Counted from the stretch's first letter, positions 27,788-37,790 are shown. The stretch: DNA of 64,000 bases from an uncultured Eubacteriales bacterium (GCA_964354215.1 CAYGYT010000003.1:20272-84271), one strand, 5' to 3'. The notes: generated by a model not told the origin, from the sequence alone. Translations and numbers: made by a program.

Positions 27788-28255
27788 GTGCGGGTGCTCG
27801 GCCTCGACATAGGCGAGAGGCGCATCGGTGTGGCGGTCTCCGACCCCGGGCAGAGAGTCGCCTCTCCCGTCGCGGTTCTTGACGCCACGGTGCTGTACGA
27901 TCCAGGCCCGCTCCTCCGGCTCGTTTCCGACTACGAGGTCGGGCTCGTGGTGATCGGGCTTCCCCTGTCCCTCAATGGCACCGAGGGCGAACAGGCGCGA
28001 CGCACTCGTGAGACGGGCGCGCGTATTGCTGAGATACTCGGCGTGCCCGTGACGTATGCCGACGAACGGCTGTCGAGCGTGGAGGCGTCTCGCGCGATGA
28101 AAGCCGCCGGGCTGTCCGACCGCGAGAAGCGCGGGCGAATCGATATGGTAGCCGCGTCTCTGTTGCTGCAGAGCTACCTGGACCGGCGAATCGGATCGGA
28201 GGGCACGCCATCAGCGGATTCGGGCGAGATCGAGGACGGCACGCGCGATGAATGA
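27788..28255 (+). CDS. ruvX: Holliday junction resolvase-like RuvX/YqgF
   Basis: VLGLDIGERRIGVAVSD N-terminus and DERLSS motif. The position after alaS is conserved. Confidence 0.9.
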   Translation: MRVLGLDIGERRIGVAVSDPGQRVASPVAVLDATVLYDPGPLLRLVSDYEVGLVVIGLPLSLNGTEGEQARRTRETGARIAEILGVPVTYADERLSSVEASRAMKAAGLSDREKRGRIDMVAASLLLQSYLDRRIGSEGTPSADSGEIEDGTRDE

Positions 28256-29354
28256 TCACGTCGTCGAGGGCGAAGGGCCGGAGGATCACTCCGAGTCGGT
28301 GAGCCGACGCGGCTCCTCGCGCGCCCTCATTGCGGTGGTAGGCCTTCTCCTCATTGTCGTGGCGGTGTCCGGTGTGGGGTACTACGCGTGGTCGACCGCT
28401 CTTCGACGCCCGCTGGTAGACGTCGAGGCCGGGAGTGCGGTGACGATCATCGTGCCGCAGGGTGCCACCGCCGCCGAGGTTGGTCTGCTGCTCGCGAACA
28501 AGGGCATCGTTGCCAATCCCCGCGTCTTCCGCACGCGCGTGCGGGAAGCGGGCGCGGATGGGACGCTGCGTGCGGGCACCTACGAGCTTCGGACGGGGAT
28601 GGGATACGAGGCGGCCATCACGTCGCTCGCGGCGGGACCGGCCGTCCCGTACGTGACGGTGACAATACCCGAGGGTTTCACCGTCGAGCAGATCGCCGCT
28701 CGCATGGAGAAGCGAGCGGGTATCTCGCGCTCGGAGTTCCTCGCTCTCGCCGACAAAGGAGCCGCGGAGTTCGCGGCTGATCACCCCTACCTTGAGGGCG
28801 CGTATCGAGGGTCGCTCGAGGGATTCCTGTTTCCCAAGACCTATCGCATCGAAGACGGCGCAACCGCCCGCGACGTGATCGAGATGATGCTCGACCAGTT
28901 CGACAAGGAGATTGCGTCGGTGGACCTCAAGCGCCTCACGGCGCACGGCTTTGACGTGCCGCAGCTCGTCACGATGGGCTCTATCGTCGAAAGGGAGACG
29001 AAGGTCGCCAAGGAGCGACGCATCGTGTCTTCGGTCATCTACAATCGGCTCGCCCAACGCATGAGACTCGATATGTGCTCGACCATCGAATACGTGATCA
29101 AGGAGCACAAGCTTCGTCTGACGTACGCCGACTTGAACGTCAGGAGTCCGTACAACACGTACCGGCACGCGGGTCTTCCGCCGGGTCCCATCGCAAGCCC
29201 CGGTCTCGCATCGCTCAAAGCGGCGGCGGCTCCAGCCGATACTAGGTACCTGTACTACGTGCTCACGGGGCGTGATGGTTCACACACCTTCGCGCGCACT
29301 GCCGATGAGTTCGCGCGAGCCAAAGCGAAGTCGAAGGAGGTCTTCGGCAAGTGA
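28248..29354 (+). CDS. mltG: endolytic murein transglycosylase MltG (YceG-like)
   Basis: N-terminal TM, LysM-like lobe, and the catalytic region SIVERET ... YNTYRHAGLPPGPIASPG. Confidence 0.9.
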   Translation: MNDHVVEGEGPEDHSESVSRRGSSRALIAVVGLLLIVVAVSGVGYYAWSTALRRPLVDVEAGSAVTIIVPQGATAAEVGLLLANKGIVANPRVFRTRVREAGADGTLRAGTYELRTGMGYEAAITSLAAGPAVPYVTVTIPEGFTVEQIAARMEKRAGISRSEFLALADKGAAEFAADHPYLEGAYRGSLEGFLFPKTYRIEDGATARDVIEMMLDQFDKEIASVDLKRLTAHGFDVPQLVTMGSIVERETKVAKERRIVSSVIYNRLAQRMRLDMCSTIEYVIKEHKLRLTYADLNVRSPYNTYRHAGLPPGPIASPGLASLKAAAAPADTRYLYYVLTGRDGSHTFARTADEFARAKAKSKEVFGK

Positions 29355-30322
29355 ACGCGGGTGCCGATACGCCGACGGCCATCAGCATCAGAAGCGCCCG
29401 GAAGGTCTTCGCGAGCCTGAGAGGCGGGGACAAGGTCGCCGTTCACGATGTGAGCTTCGACGTGAACTCAGGGGCGATTCACGGGCTTCTGGGCCCGAAC
29501 GGTGCAGGGAAGACCACCACGCTCAAGATGCTCCTCGGGCTCGTGCGGCCGAGCGGGGGAACCTTCGAGATCCTTGGCGTGCCTGCGCATCGCCCTGGCG
29601 CCAAGCGGCAGCTCGGGTTCCTGCCCGAGCAGCCGTACTTCTCCCCGCAGCTCACCGCGTCGCAGGCGATGCTCCTGTACGGACGCCTGTCGGGTCTGCC
29701 GAAGCACGCCATCAACGCTGAGATGGCCGATCGCCTCGCGCGCGTCGGCCTCGAGGGCCGCGAGACCATGTTGCTCTCGAAGTTCTCGCGCGGCATGCTC
29801 CAGCGCCTCGGGATAGCCCAGGCGCTCATCGCTGATCCGGCGGTCGCGATCCTGGACGAGCCGGCTTCGGGGCTCGACCCCGTCGGGCAGCGCGACATCC
29901 GCAACCTCATGCTCGAGCTCAGATCCTCGGGCACCACGGTGCTCCTTTCTTCCCACCAGCTCTCGGAGGTCGAGGTGGTCTGCGACGAGGTCACGATCCT
30001 CAACCGGGGAAAGGTGGCAGCGAAGGGCCACATCGACGACCTGCTCAATGTCTCAGGTCAGACGTCCGTGAGGGCGCGAGGCGACGGTGACTCGTTGCCC
30101 GGCACTATCGCGACGCTCGTCTCGGACGTGGCCGCCAAGGGCGGCATGTGGATCTTCTCGGTGTCCGATGTGCATGCTCGGGCCGTCGTCGATGCCATTG
30201 ACGACGCGGGCTGGCAGCTCATCTCGCTCACGCCCAAGCGGGACTCCCTCGAGGACTACTTCTCGCGGCTTCTCGAGGCGGATGCTGACTCAGATAGCGC
30301 GCCTGCGGGGGAGGCCTCATGA
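29351..30322 (+). CDS. ABC transporter ATP-binding protein
   Basis: Walker A GPNGAGKTT, signature-like FSRGMLQRLG, Walker B AILDEPASGLD, and the H-loop SSHQL. Confidence 0.9.
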   Translation: MNAGADTPTAISIRSARKVFASLRGGDKVAVHDVSFDVNSGAIHGLLGPNGAGKTTTLKMLLGLVRPSGGTFEILGVPAHRPGAKRQLGFLPEQPYFSPQLTASQAMLLYGRLSGLPKHAINAEMADRLARVGLEGRETMLLSKFSRGMLQRLGIAQALIADPAVAILDEPASGLDPVGQRDIRNLMLELRSSGTTVLLSSHQLSEVEVVCDEVTILNRGKVAAKGHIDDLLNVSGQTSVRARGDGDSLPGTIATLVSDVAAKGGMWIFSVSDVHARAVVDAIDDAGWQLISLTPKRDSLEDYFSRLLEADADSDSAPAGEAS

Positions 30323-31053
30323 GAGCTGTTCTCGCCATCGCGGGCTCGGTCGTCGCCGATGCGCTGCGCCGCAAGGTCGTCTACATCGTTCTCGCGTTTG
30401 CGGCCTTCATGGCCATCGCTATCCCGCGCTTGCCGAGCTACGGCGTCGGAGTGGTCGAAGCCGTGTTCCGCGAAGTCGCACTCGCGCTCATGTACGTCGT
30501 GGCGATGGTGGTGGCGCTGTCGCTTTCCGCGAATCGCGTTCCGTCCGAGGTCGAACGCCGCACCGTCTACAACATTCTGGGGCGCGACGTCCGCCGCTGG
30601 CAGTACCTGCTCGGCTCGTGGCTCGGGGTGTTCGCGGTGATGGCCGGGGTAGTCGCTTCGTTCACCCTCGTGAGCATCGGCGTGGGCGGGTACACGTACC
30701 ACGTCCTCATGTGGCGGTTGTGGCAGGGCGCGCTCGCGATGTGGCTCGAGACGGGTGTAGTCTCTGCGTTCGCCATCATGATCTCGACCGTGACCGGACC
30801 CGTGCCCGTCACCGTCGTGTCACTCGGTTTCCTGTTCGTGGCTCATCTGGGCGGAGGACTCACGCAGGCTGAGTCTGCGGGCGGATCGAACACGTTCTAC
30901 CCGACCATGGAGACCTTCAACATCATCAACCCGGTCGCTCATGGGACGGGGATCTCGTTTGGGTACACCGCGCTCATGCTGGTAGTTGCAGCAGCTTGGG
31001 TGGGGGCGCTTCTCGGCGTGGGGGCCCTCTTGTTCGAGCGGAAGGATCTCTGA
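30319..31053 (+). CDS. ABC-2 type transporter permease
   Basis: 244 aa, about 6 TM. Translationally coupled to the ATPase by an ATGA overlap. Confidence 0.7.
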   Translation: MRAVLAIAGSVVADALRRKVVYIVLAFAAFMAIAIPRLPSYGVGVVEAVFREVALALMYVVAMVVALSLSANRVPSEVERRTVYNILGRDVRRWQYLLGSWLGVFAVMAGVVASFTLVSIGVGGYTYHVLMWRLWQGALAMWLETGVVSAFAIMISTVTGPVPVTVVSLGFLFVAHLGGGLTQAESAGGSNTFYPTMETFNIINPVAHGTGISFGYTALMLVVAAAWVGALLGVGALLFERKDL

Positions 31054-31055
31054 TC

Positions 31056-31751
31056 GTGGCGGTGCTGCAACGGACACCAGTGCGGGTCGGCATCTTCTTC
31101 GCGCTTCTGCTCGTCGTCGTGGTCGCACAGAATGCAGCCGCGTCACTCGCGCCCACGGGCACGTCCGCGCAGACGGGCCGGATGATCGGGCGCGCCGGTT
31201 TCGCGTACCTCTCGGGAATCCGCACCTTCGCCGCTGCGGTACTCTGGAACCGGCTCGATCCCCAGTTCGACGCGTACTACCATGACAAGCAGCTCTCCGA
31301 GAATACCCAGCTGCTCCCGGCGTTCCGGCTGATCCAGGCGCTCGATCCTCAGTTCATCCAACCGTACTACGACGGCGCGTGGATCATCGCGCGTCACGGA
31401 GACCGCAAGACGGCCTTCGACCTGGCACGAGAGGGCATCGCTGAGAACCCCGAGTCGGGGCTCTTGCGGTCGAGCTACATACAGCTCATGTTCCTCGACG
31501 ACAAAGAGCGCCACCGTGATGAGGCGGTGGCTCAGGCCGATGCCGGTACGAACGAATCGATGTTCTGGAACGACGACGCCGAGAAGCTCGAGGGATACGC
31601 TGTGTTTGCCGCGGCGTATCGGGTTGCCGGCCTGAGGGACAAGGCGGATGCGGCTCGTGCGGTCGTCACGAGCCTGGCGGGCGCCGCCGCGGAGGAGAGC
31701 ATCGGTGGCGCAGGCCACGACCACGATGGGGACGGGACGCCCGACCACTAG
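31056..31751 (+). CDS. membrane-anchored helical-repeat (TPR-like) protein with a His/Asp-rich tail
   Basis: GTG at 31056 lies 2 nt after the permease stop. N-terminal TM (VGIFFALLLVVVVA), helical-repeat body, and C-terminal GHDHDGDGTPDH. No family recognised. Confidence 0.5.
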   Translation: MAVLQRTPVRVGIFFALLLVVVVAQNAAASLAPTGTSAQTGRMIGRAGFAYLSGIRTFAAAVLWNRLDPQFDAYYHDKQLSENTQLLPAFRLIQALDPQFIQPYYDGAWIIARHGDRKTAFDLAREGIAENPESGLLRSSYIQLMFLDDKERHRDEAVAQADAGTNESMFWNDDAEKLEGYAVFAAAYRVAGLRDKADAARAVVTSLAGAAAEESIGGAGHDHDGDGTPDH

Positions 31752-31758
31752 GGATGCG

Positions 31759-32283
31759 ATGTCGCTTCTCAGCCCGGATCTGTACTATCGCTCGGTGGCC
31801 GACATCGACTTGGACGAACTCCAGCGGCGCGGCATACGAGTGTTGCTGCTCGACCTCGACAACACGCTTGTCTTGAGGAACACCACGGAGGCCTCAGAGA
31901 GGGTGCGGAACTGGGTGGAGGCGGCCAAGCGGCGCGGCATGCAGGTGACGATCGTCTCCAACAACTGGCACGAGCGAGTACAGCAGGCCGCCGATGACCT
32001 TGACGTCGCGATCGTGGGCAAGGCGACAAAGCCGCTGCCATCGGGTTTCCGCCGGGCACTGGGGGGTACGGATGCAGCGCCTTCGGAGTGCGCCGTCGTC
32101 GGCGATCAGGTGTTCACGGACATTCTCGGCGGTAGCCTGTTCGGTTCCACTACGGTTCTCGTCACGCCGCTCGCGGGTGGTTCCGACCTGCCGCACACGC
32201 GCCTCCTGCGGACACTGGAGCGCCGCATCCTGCGCGGCAGGACGCCCCAGCGTGCACCACGCGGCGATTCATCAGGAAAGTGA
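31759..32283 (+). CDS. YqeG-family HAD-IIIA phosphatase
   Basis: The ATG at 31759 gives MSLLSPDLYY...VLLLDLDNTLV (HAD motif I). A late GDQVFTDILGG motif is present. The position before aroE matches Bacillus yqeG. Confidence 0.8.
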   Translation: MSLLSPDLYYRSVADIDLDELQRRGIRVLLLDLDNTLVLRNTTEASERVRNWVEAAKRRGMQVTIVSNNWHERVQQAADDLDVAIVGKATKPLPSGFRRALGGTDAAPSECAVVGDQVFTDILGGSLFGSTTVLVTPLAGGSDLPHTRLLRTLERRILRGRTPQRAPRGDSSGK

Positions 32284-32289
32284 GGGCGG

Positions 32290-33168
32290 ATGCGTCGTAT
32301 CGATGGCATGACGCGGCTGGCTGGCATCATCGGACATCCGCTCGACCACACCCTGTCGCCGGCGATGCACAACGCGGCATACGAGGCCATGGGTCTAGAT
32401 TGGGTCTATGTCCCCTTGCACGTGCGAGAGGAGCGCGACCTTGCGCGCGTCCTCTCCGCAGTCCGCTCGCTCTTGTTCGTGGGCGTGAACGTCACCATGC
32501 CCTACAAGCAGGCGATGGTGGGACTGTGCGATGAGGTGGCGGAGATCGCGTTGCTCGCTGGGGCGGTCAATACCATCCAGTGTGTGGACGGGCGGCTCAT
32601 CGGCTACAACACCGACGGACGCGGGCTGCTCGAGGCGCTTTCGAGCGAGGCGGACTTCGACCCGGCCGGTCGTGACATAGCCCTTGTGGGTGCGGGTGGC
32701 GCCGCCGGAGGCGCGCTCGTCGCGCTCGCTCTTGCACGGGCGAAGCGCATCACGGTAGTGAACCGCGATGAAGTCCGGGCGCACTCCCTTGTGGAGCGCG
32801 TCCAGCGACGACTGGGTGGGGTGGAACTCGTGGCCCTCCCGTTCGGCGCCGAGGCTGAGAGCGCCGTGGGTGCCGCCGACCTCGTCGTCAACGGCACGCC
32901 GTTGGGGATGGCAGAGGACGATCCCAGTCCGGTACCCGCCTCGTGGCTTCGGTCAGGGCAGGTTGTTGCCGATATGGTTTATCGGGCGCAACCTACCTCC
33001 CTCGTGTGTGCCGCGCGCGACGCGGGAGCGGTCGCCCTCGACGGGTTCGGGATGCTCGTGTGCCAGGGTGCGACGGCCATCGACATCTGGCATGGCGATG
33101 CGGACGTGCGAGCCCCTCGGGATGTGATGCGTGCGGCGGCGGCTGAGGTGCTGGGCCGCGAAGCGTAG
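32290..33168 (+). CDS. aroE: shikimate dehydrogenase
   Basis: GIIGHPLDHTLSPAMHN, NVTMPYK, GYNTDG, and GAGGAAGG NADP-binding motifs. Confidence 0.92.
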   Translation: MRRIDGMTRLAGIIGHPLDHTLSPAMHNAAYEAMGLDWVYVPLHVREERDLARVLSAVRSLLFVGVNVTMPYKQAMVGLCDEVAEIALLAGAVNTIQCVDGRLIGYNTDGRGLLEALSSEADFDPAGRDIALVGAGGAAGGALVALALARAKRITVVNRDEVRAHSLVERVQRRLGGVELVALPFGAEAESAVGAADLVVNGTPLGMAEDDPSPVPASWLRSGQVVADMVYRAQPTSLVCAARDAGAVALDGFGMLVCQGATAIDIWHGDADVRAPRDVMRAAAAEVLGREA

Positions 33169-33191
33169 GTCCGAGGAAGAGCGCAGAGCAT

Positions 33192-34862
33192 ATGACCGCG
33201 AGTAGCAATCGGCTTGGAAGGATCCTCGTCCAGTCCGGCGTCATCACGGATTCACAATTCGAAGAGGCGCTCGCGCAGGTGGACGGGCGCTCGATAGCGT
33301 CCGTGATCTCGGATCTTGGCTACGCCGACGAGGCTCTCATCGCTCGCACCGTTGCGGACTCGATGGGACTTACATACGTGGATCTCGCGGCCACGGAAGT
33401 CGATGCCCACGCAGCGACGCTCATCTCTTCCGACCTCGCCCGCCGCTACATCGTGCTGCCGATCCAGCTCCAGGACGACGAGCTCGTCGTAGCCATGTCG
33501 GATCCCGCGAACATATTCGCCATCGATGACCTTCGCATCGTGACGGGCTACACCGTTCGCCCCGTTGTCGCCGCAGAGAGCGATCTGGTGAGCGCCATCG
33601 AGAAGCTTTCGACAGCTCAGACGAGCGTCGAGGACATGATGGGCGATCTGGAAGAGGCGCTCAGCGTAGGCGCCGACGACGAGGACGAGGACAGCGGAGA
33701 CGCGGAAGCCCCCGTGGCCAAGCTCATGAATCTCGTCATCACGGAGGGAATCCGGCAAGGAGCGGGAGACATCTATCTCGAGCCCCACGAGCACGAGATG
33801 CGTGTCCGCTTCCGGATCGACGGCGTGTGCCAGGAGGTCTTCCGCAGCCCCAAGAAGATGCACCGGCAGGTCATCAGCCGGCTCAAGATCAACGCCGGCA
33901 TGGACATCGCCGAGAAGCGCGTGCCCCAGGACGGACGCTTCAGCGTGGTGCTCGACGGCAAGGCGGTGGACTTCAGAGTCGCCGTACTCCCGCTCGTCCA
34001 CGGCGAGCTTGCAGTTCTGCGCCTGCTGCGCCGGGACTCGATCATGATGTCGCTCAAGGACCTCGGCTTTCTCCAGCAGCCGATGGACCGTCTACGCGAG
34101 GCGCTCTCGCTTCCCTACGGTGCCATCCTCGTCACCGGCCCGACGGGGTCGGGCAAGTCCACGACGCTGTACGCGGCGATCAACGAGACCAACGACCCCA
34201 AGACGAACCTCATCACCGTCGAAGATCCGGTCGAGTACCGCCTCGCCGGCCTCTCGCAAGTCCAGGTGCACGAGAAGGCTGGACTGAGCTTCGCGGCGGC
34301 ACTTCGCTCGATCCTGAGGCAGGACCCCGACACCGTGATGATCGGTGAGATTCGCGACAAGGAAACCGGGACGATCGCGATCGAAGCCGCCCTCACGGGC
34401 CACCTCGTCCTCTCAACGCTGCACACGAACGACGCTCCCTCGGCACTCACGAGGCTGACTGAGATGGGTATCGAGCCGTTCCTGTCGGCCTCGGCGGTCA
34501 CCTGCGTGCTGGCACAGCGGCTTGCACGGCGACTCTGTCCGGAGTGTAAGCAGGAGTACGTGCCGGAAGAAGAAGCTCTCGTGCGCGTCGAGTTTCCGTT
34601 TGAGCCGGGCAATCCGCCCAAGCTCTACCGCGCGGTTGGGTGCAAGAAATGCAACGGGATCGGCTACCGGGGGAGGATGGGCGTCCACGAGGTGCTCACC
34701 ATGTCAGAGCCCCTCGAACGCCTGGCCGTCTCGAATGCCTCGGCCGACGACATCAAGCGTCAGGCGGTTGCCGAGGGGATGCGGACCCTGCGCGAGGACG
34801 GCTTCGAGAAGGTCAAGGCGGGCGTCACGTCAATCGAGGAGATCATGCGCGTCGTTGTGTGA
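33192..34862 (+). CDS. GspE/PilB-family type II/IV secretion ATPase (first of two paralogues)
   Basis: N-terminal T2SSE_N-type domain (RLGRILVQSGVITDSQFEEAL), Walker A GPTGSGKST, Walker B DPDTVMIGEIRD, and the tetracysteine CPECK...CKKCNGIGYRGR. Confidence 0.9.
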   Translation: MTASSNRLGRILVQSGVITDSQFEEALAQVDGRSIASVISDLGYADEALIARTVADSMGLTYVDLAATEVDAHAATLISSDLARRYIVLPIQLQDDELVVAMSDPANIFAIDDLRIVTGYTVRPVVAAESDLVSAIEKLSTAQTSVEDMMGDLEEALSVGADDEDEDSGDAEAPVAKLMNLVITEGIRQGAGDIYLEPHEHEMRVRFRIDGVCQEVFRSPKKMHRQVISRLKINAGMDIAEKRVPQDGRFSVVLDGKAVDFRVAVLPLVHGELAVLRLLRRDSIMMSLKDLGFLQQPMDRLREALSLPYGAILVTGPTGSGKSTTLYAAINETNDPKTNLITVEDPVEYRLAGLSQVQVHEKAGLSFAAALRSILRQDPDTVMIGEIRDKETGTIAIEAALTGHLVLSTLHTNDAPSALTRLTEMGIEPFLSASAVTCVLAQRLARRLCPECKQEYVPEEEALVRVEFPFEPGNPPKLYRAVGCKKCNGIGYRGRMGVHEVLTMSEPLERLAVSNASADDIKRQAVAEGMRTLREDGFEKVKAGVTSIEEIMRVVV

Positions 34863-34944
34863 TGCGTGGCCCCTTGACCCTCGTTGTGCCTGACTGACCA
34901 TCGTGAGAGTATGAATCCACTGTGGCGTTCGGCTGGGGAGAGCC

Positions 34945-35763
34945 GTGCGACCCTTTGTTGCCGCACCATATGACGTGGAGGTGCTCGGATCAGTGACGGA
35001 GAACGGACTCGGTGACTTCTTCATCGCGGACACCGGTGATGAGCTTCCCGGATTCGCGCCGACCCCTGTTGTGATCCCGCCGTCTCCGAGCTCGCCGCCT
35101 GTGGTGCCAGCGGGGCCGTGGGACGCGCAGGAGGAGCGATCCGATGCGGGGCGAGCGGACACGGTGCAGCCCGGAGCCCCCGCTTCTCCCGCGGCTGCAC
35201 CGGAACCGGTGTTCGCTCCGTACGTCGAGCCGGCGATCGCGTCGCCCGCTATCCCGGCCCCCGTCTTTGCACCTGCGCCTGCGTCACCCCTGGTGCCCGT
35301 AGCATCCCCGGAGGCGCTCACGGAGGATTCGACGGCAGCCCCGGCCCCAGCGTCTGGAGCTGCTGCCTCCCCGGCGGCTCCTTCCGCGGCGAGCCCGACG
35401 CGTGAACAGCAGCTCGCTGCCGCGCTCAATACCTTCATGCGCATGTCGGACGACGTAGAGGCCGCTGCACTGGTGAGTCTCGACGGCTTCACGATGGCCT
35501 CGGCCCTGCCCGAGGGCATGCACGAGGACCGCGTTGGTGCGATGTCGGCGGCCATCCTCGGGTTGGGGGAACGTGCGGCCGCCGAGCTCGGTCGGGGCAA
35601 GCTTTCGCAGGTCTTCATTGAGGGCGATGCCGGCTACGTGCTGCTGATGGCAGCGGGCGATAGGGCCGTGCTCACGGCGCTTGCGAACCTCGATGCGAAG
35701 CTCGGTCTGCTCCTGTACGACATGCGAGACGTCGCCGACGCCATCGCCGACATTCTCGGCTAG
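34945..35763 (+). CDS. Roadblock/LC7 (MglB/CvnB-like) domain protein with a ~165-aa Pro/Ala-rich N-terminal extension
   Basis: The C-terminal ~105 aa (VEAAALVSLDGFTMASALPEG...AMSAAILGLGERAAAELGRGKLSQVFIEGDAGYVLLMAAGDRAVLTAL) fit the Robl/LC7 pattern. Confidence 0.75.
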   Translation: MRPFVAAPYDVEVLGSVTENGLGDFFIADTGDELPGFAPTPVVIPPSPSSPPVVPAGPWDAQEERSDAGRADTVQPGAPASPAAAPEPVFAPYVEPAIASPAIPAPVFAPAPASPLVPVASPEALTEDSTAAPAPASGAAASPAAPSAASPTREQQLAAALNTFMRMSDDVEAAALVSLDGFTMASALPEGMHEDRVGAMSAAILGLGERAAAELGRGKLSQVFIEGDAGYVLLMAAGDRAVLTALANLDAKLGLLLYDMRDVADAIADILG

Positions 35764-35795
35764 CGAATCGGATCCGAAAGCGAATGACGTAGCCG

Positions 35796-37790
35796 ATGGC
35801 TCTGAGAGGCAACCTCAAGGACTTCACCCTCCCGGACGTCTTCCAGCTCATCAGCTTGAGCAAGAAGACAGGCATCCTTCGTATGCGCCGTCCCGACGAC
35901 GCCGAGGGCAGCGTCTGGTTCCGCGAGGGAGAGGTGTTCTTCGCCCAGTCGAACTGGCATAGGGAGCGTCTCGGTGAGCGGCTCGTCGCTGCGCAGAAGA
36001 TCACGCCGAGCGCTCTTGGGCGTGTTCTGCAGGTTCGTGCTGCGGAACCCGAAGGGCGTCGCCTCGGCACCATCCTCGTCGACGAGGGCTACATAACCGA
36101 GACCGTCTTGGAGGCGTTCGTCCAGGAGCAGATTCAGGACACGATCTTCGATTTGATGCGCTGGGACGATGGCGAGTTCGACTTCGAGTTGCTTCCCCAG
36201 ATCGTCGAGGAGGATATCGGCCTCACGGTCTCGATAGAGAACATCGTGATGGAGGGCAGCAGGCGGCTCGAAGAGTGGGCGCGGATCAAGAAGAAGGTCC
36301 CCTCGATGGACATCGTGTTCAAGATGGCCACCGCTCCCGGCGAGGGCACGTTCGAGATCTCCCTCAAACCGGTCGAATGGAACCTTCTGCTGCTGGTCGA
36401 CGGCACTCGCAGCGTCGCCGAGCTTGCACGTACCGCTCGCCGCACTGATTTCGACGTGGCGCGGGTCGTCTACGGACTGTTCTCCGCGGGGCTGCTCGAA
36501 GTCGTCAGCGATGAGGAAGTAGCGCGGCTCCGTGCCGCGCGCGCCGCGCGAGAGACCGAGCTGGCCGAGGAGGCTTCTTCAATCGCCGCAACGACACCCG
36601 TTGCGGCAGCGGTCATTGAGGAGACGACCGAGCCGCCGGCCGGTACCGCCGTCGAGACGACTCCAGCTCCCTCGGTGCCAGCGGTGCAGGCGGCTCCTGC
36701 CCAGCTCGAGGTCATGGCGGCCGCCGAATCGGCGCCGCGTGCGGCTCCGACCGACCTGCCGCGGTTCCTCGCCGGGGACGTGCCGGCGGCGGGCCCCGGC
36801 ATCACCGAGCTCGAGGAGCGGTACGGGCGACTGCGCGAGGCCGCCGCATCGGTCTCCTCGGCGCCGGAGCAGGTGCCTCCGCGACAAGCTGCGCCATCAC
36901 AACCGCTCGCACCACCGGAGGAGTCGCCGACGCCAGAGCCAGTGGTTCTCGGGCCCGAGGCGTCGATGGAACCCGAGCTCCCCGTGCCGCCGATGCCCGA
37001 AGAAGCACAACCGCCGTTCGTCGAATCCCGCGAGGATTCCGAGCTGCAGCCATTCGTTGAGCCGTCAGCGCATCCATCCCGCCTGACCTCCGACGTGCCG
37101 CCTGCTCAGACGGAGGTCCTTTCATTCGCGGAGGAGACGTTCGTCGGGACCGTCGAGGTTGAGGCACCTTTGGAATCGACCGAGCCGGTGGTCTACCTCG
37201 GTGGGGATGAGACCATCGAGGAGGCCGAGGTTCCTGCGTCAGATGGGGTTTCGCCACAGCTGGAGTCGGAGCTCCTCGCGCTCGGTCTTGCCGCAGCGCC
37301 GCCACAGGCGCCCGAACCGGACGTTGGCGTCAACGAGCCACACGGCGTCATTCCGAGTGAACCGGAGCTCGAGGAGTCTGTGTCGGCCGTCAGCGGGCCC
37401 GAGTCCCCGGAAGAGCGGGCTGCCGCCGATGAGGCGGCCACATCCGACCTCGACGAGCTGATCGGTGCTTTGGGCGAGAGCGCCGGCGACGCGGCCGTTT
37501 CGGATCGAGTGCTCTCCACCGACGCGTATCTCCTGGATGTCTCAATCGGCGAAGCCGCCCCGGAACCGCCTGCCCTCGAGACCACGCCGGCGGCCGACGC
37601 CCGCGTGGACGCTGGGCTGAGTGGAGCGATAAACGACGAGATCAACGCGCTCACGGGGGTCGAGCGCGGCGGCCGGCCGGTCACGAGGATCACCGACCTT
37701 CCCGAACCAGGATCGGCCGTACCCCAACGCGACAGGAGTGTGGACCGAGAGACGCTGCTCAGGATCATCGATGGTATCAAGAGACTCTAG
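35796..37790 (+). CDS. DUF4388 domain protein with a ~400-aa acidic/Pro-rich low-complexity region
   Basis: The N-terminus LRGNLKDFTLPDVFQLISLSKKTGILRM...GSVWFREGEVFFA matches the DUF4388 signature as I remember it. The rest is E/P/A/S-rich. Confidence 0.7.
   Translation: MALRGNLKDFTLPDVFQLISLSKKTGILRMRRPDDAEGSVWFREGEVFFAQSNWHRERLGERLVAAQKITPSALGRVLQVRAAEPEGRRLGTILVDEGYITETVLEAFVQEQIQDTIFDLMRWDDGEFDFELLPQIVEEDIGLTVSIENIVMEGSRRLEEWARIKKKVPSMDIVFKMATAPGEGTFEISLKPVEWNLLLLVDGTRSVAELARTARRTDFDVARVVYGLFSAGLLEVVSDEEVARLRAARAARETELAEEASSIAATTPVAAAVIEETTEPPAGTAVETTPAPSVPAVQAAPAQLEVMAAAESAPRAAPTDLPRFLAGDVPAAGPGITELEERYGRLREAAASVSSAPEQVPPRQAAPSQPLAPPEESPTPEPVVLGPEASMEPELPVPPMPEEAQPPFVESREDSELQPFVEPSAHPSRLTSDVPPAQTEVLSFAEETFVGTVEVEAPLESTEPVVYLGGDETIEEAEVPASDGVSPQLESELLALGLAAAPPQAPEPDVGVNEPHGVIPSEPELEESVSAVSGPESPEERAAADEAATSDLDELIGALGESAGDAAVSDRVLSTDAYLLDVSIGEAAPEPPALETTPAADARVDAGLSGAINDEINALTGVERGGRPVTRITDLPEPGSAVPQRDRSVDRETLLRIIDGIKRL

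Noticed and set aside
33192-34862. The first secretion ATPase as a PilT/PilU retraction motor.
   Set aside because: It is 556 aa with an N-terminal T2SSE_N-type domain and the tetracysteine zinc motif. Those features belong to assembly ATPases (PilB/GspE), not to the ~350-aa PilT family.
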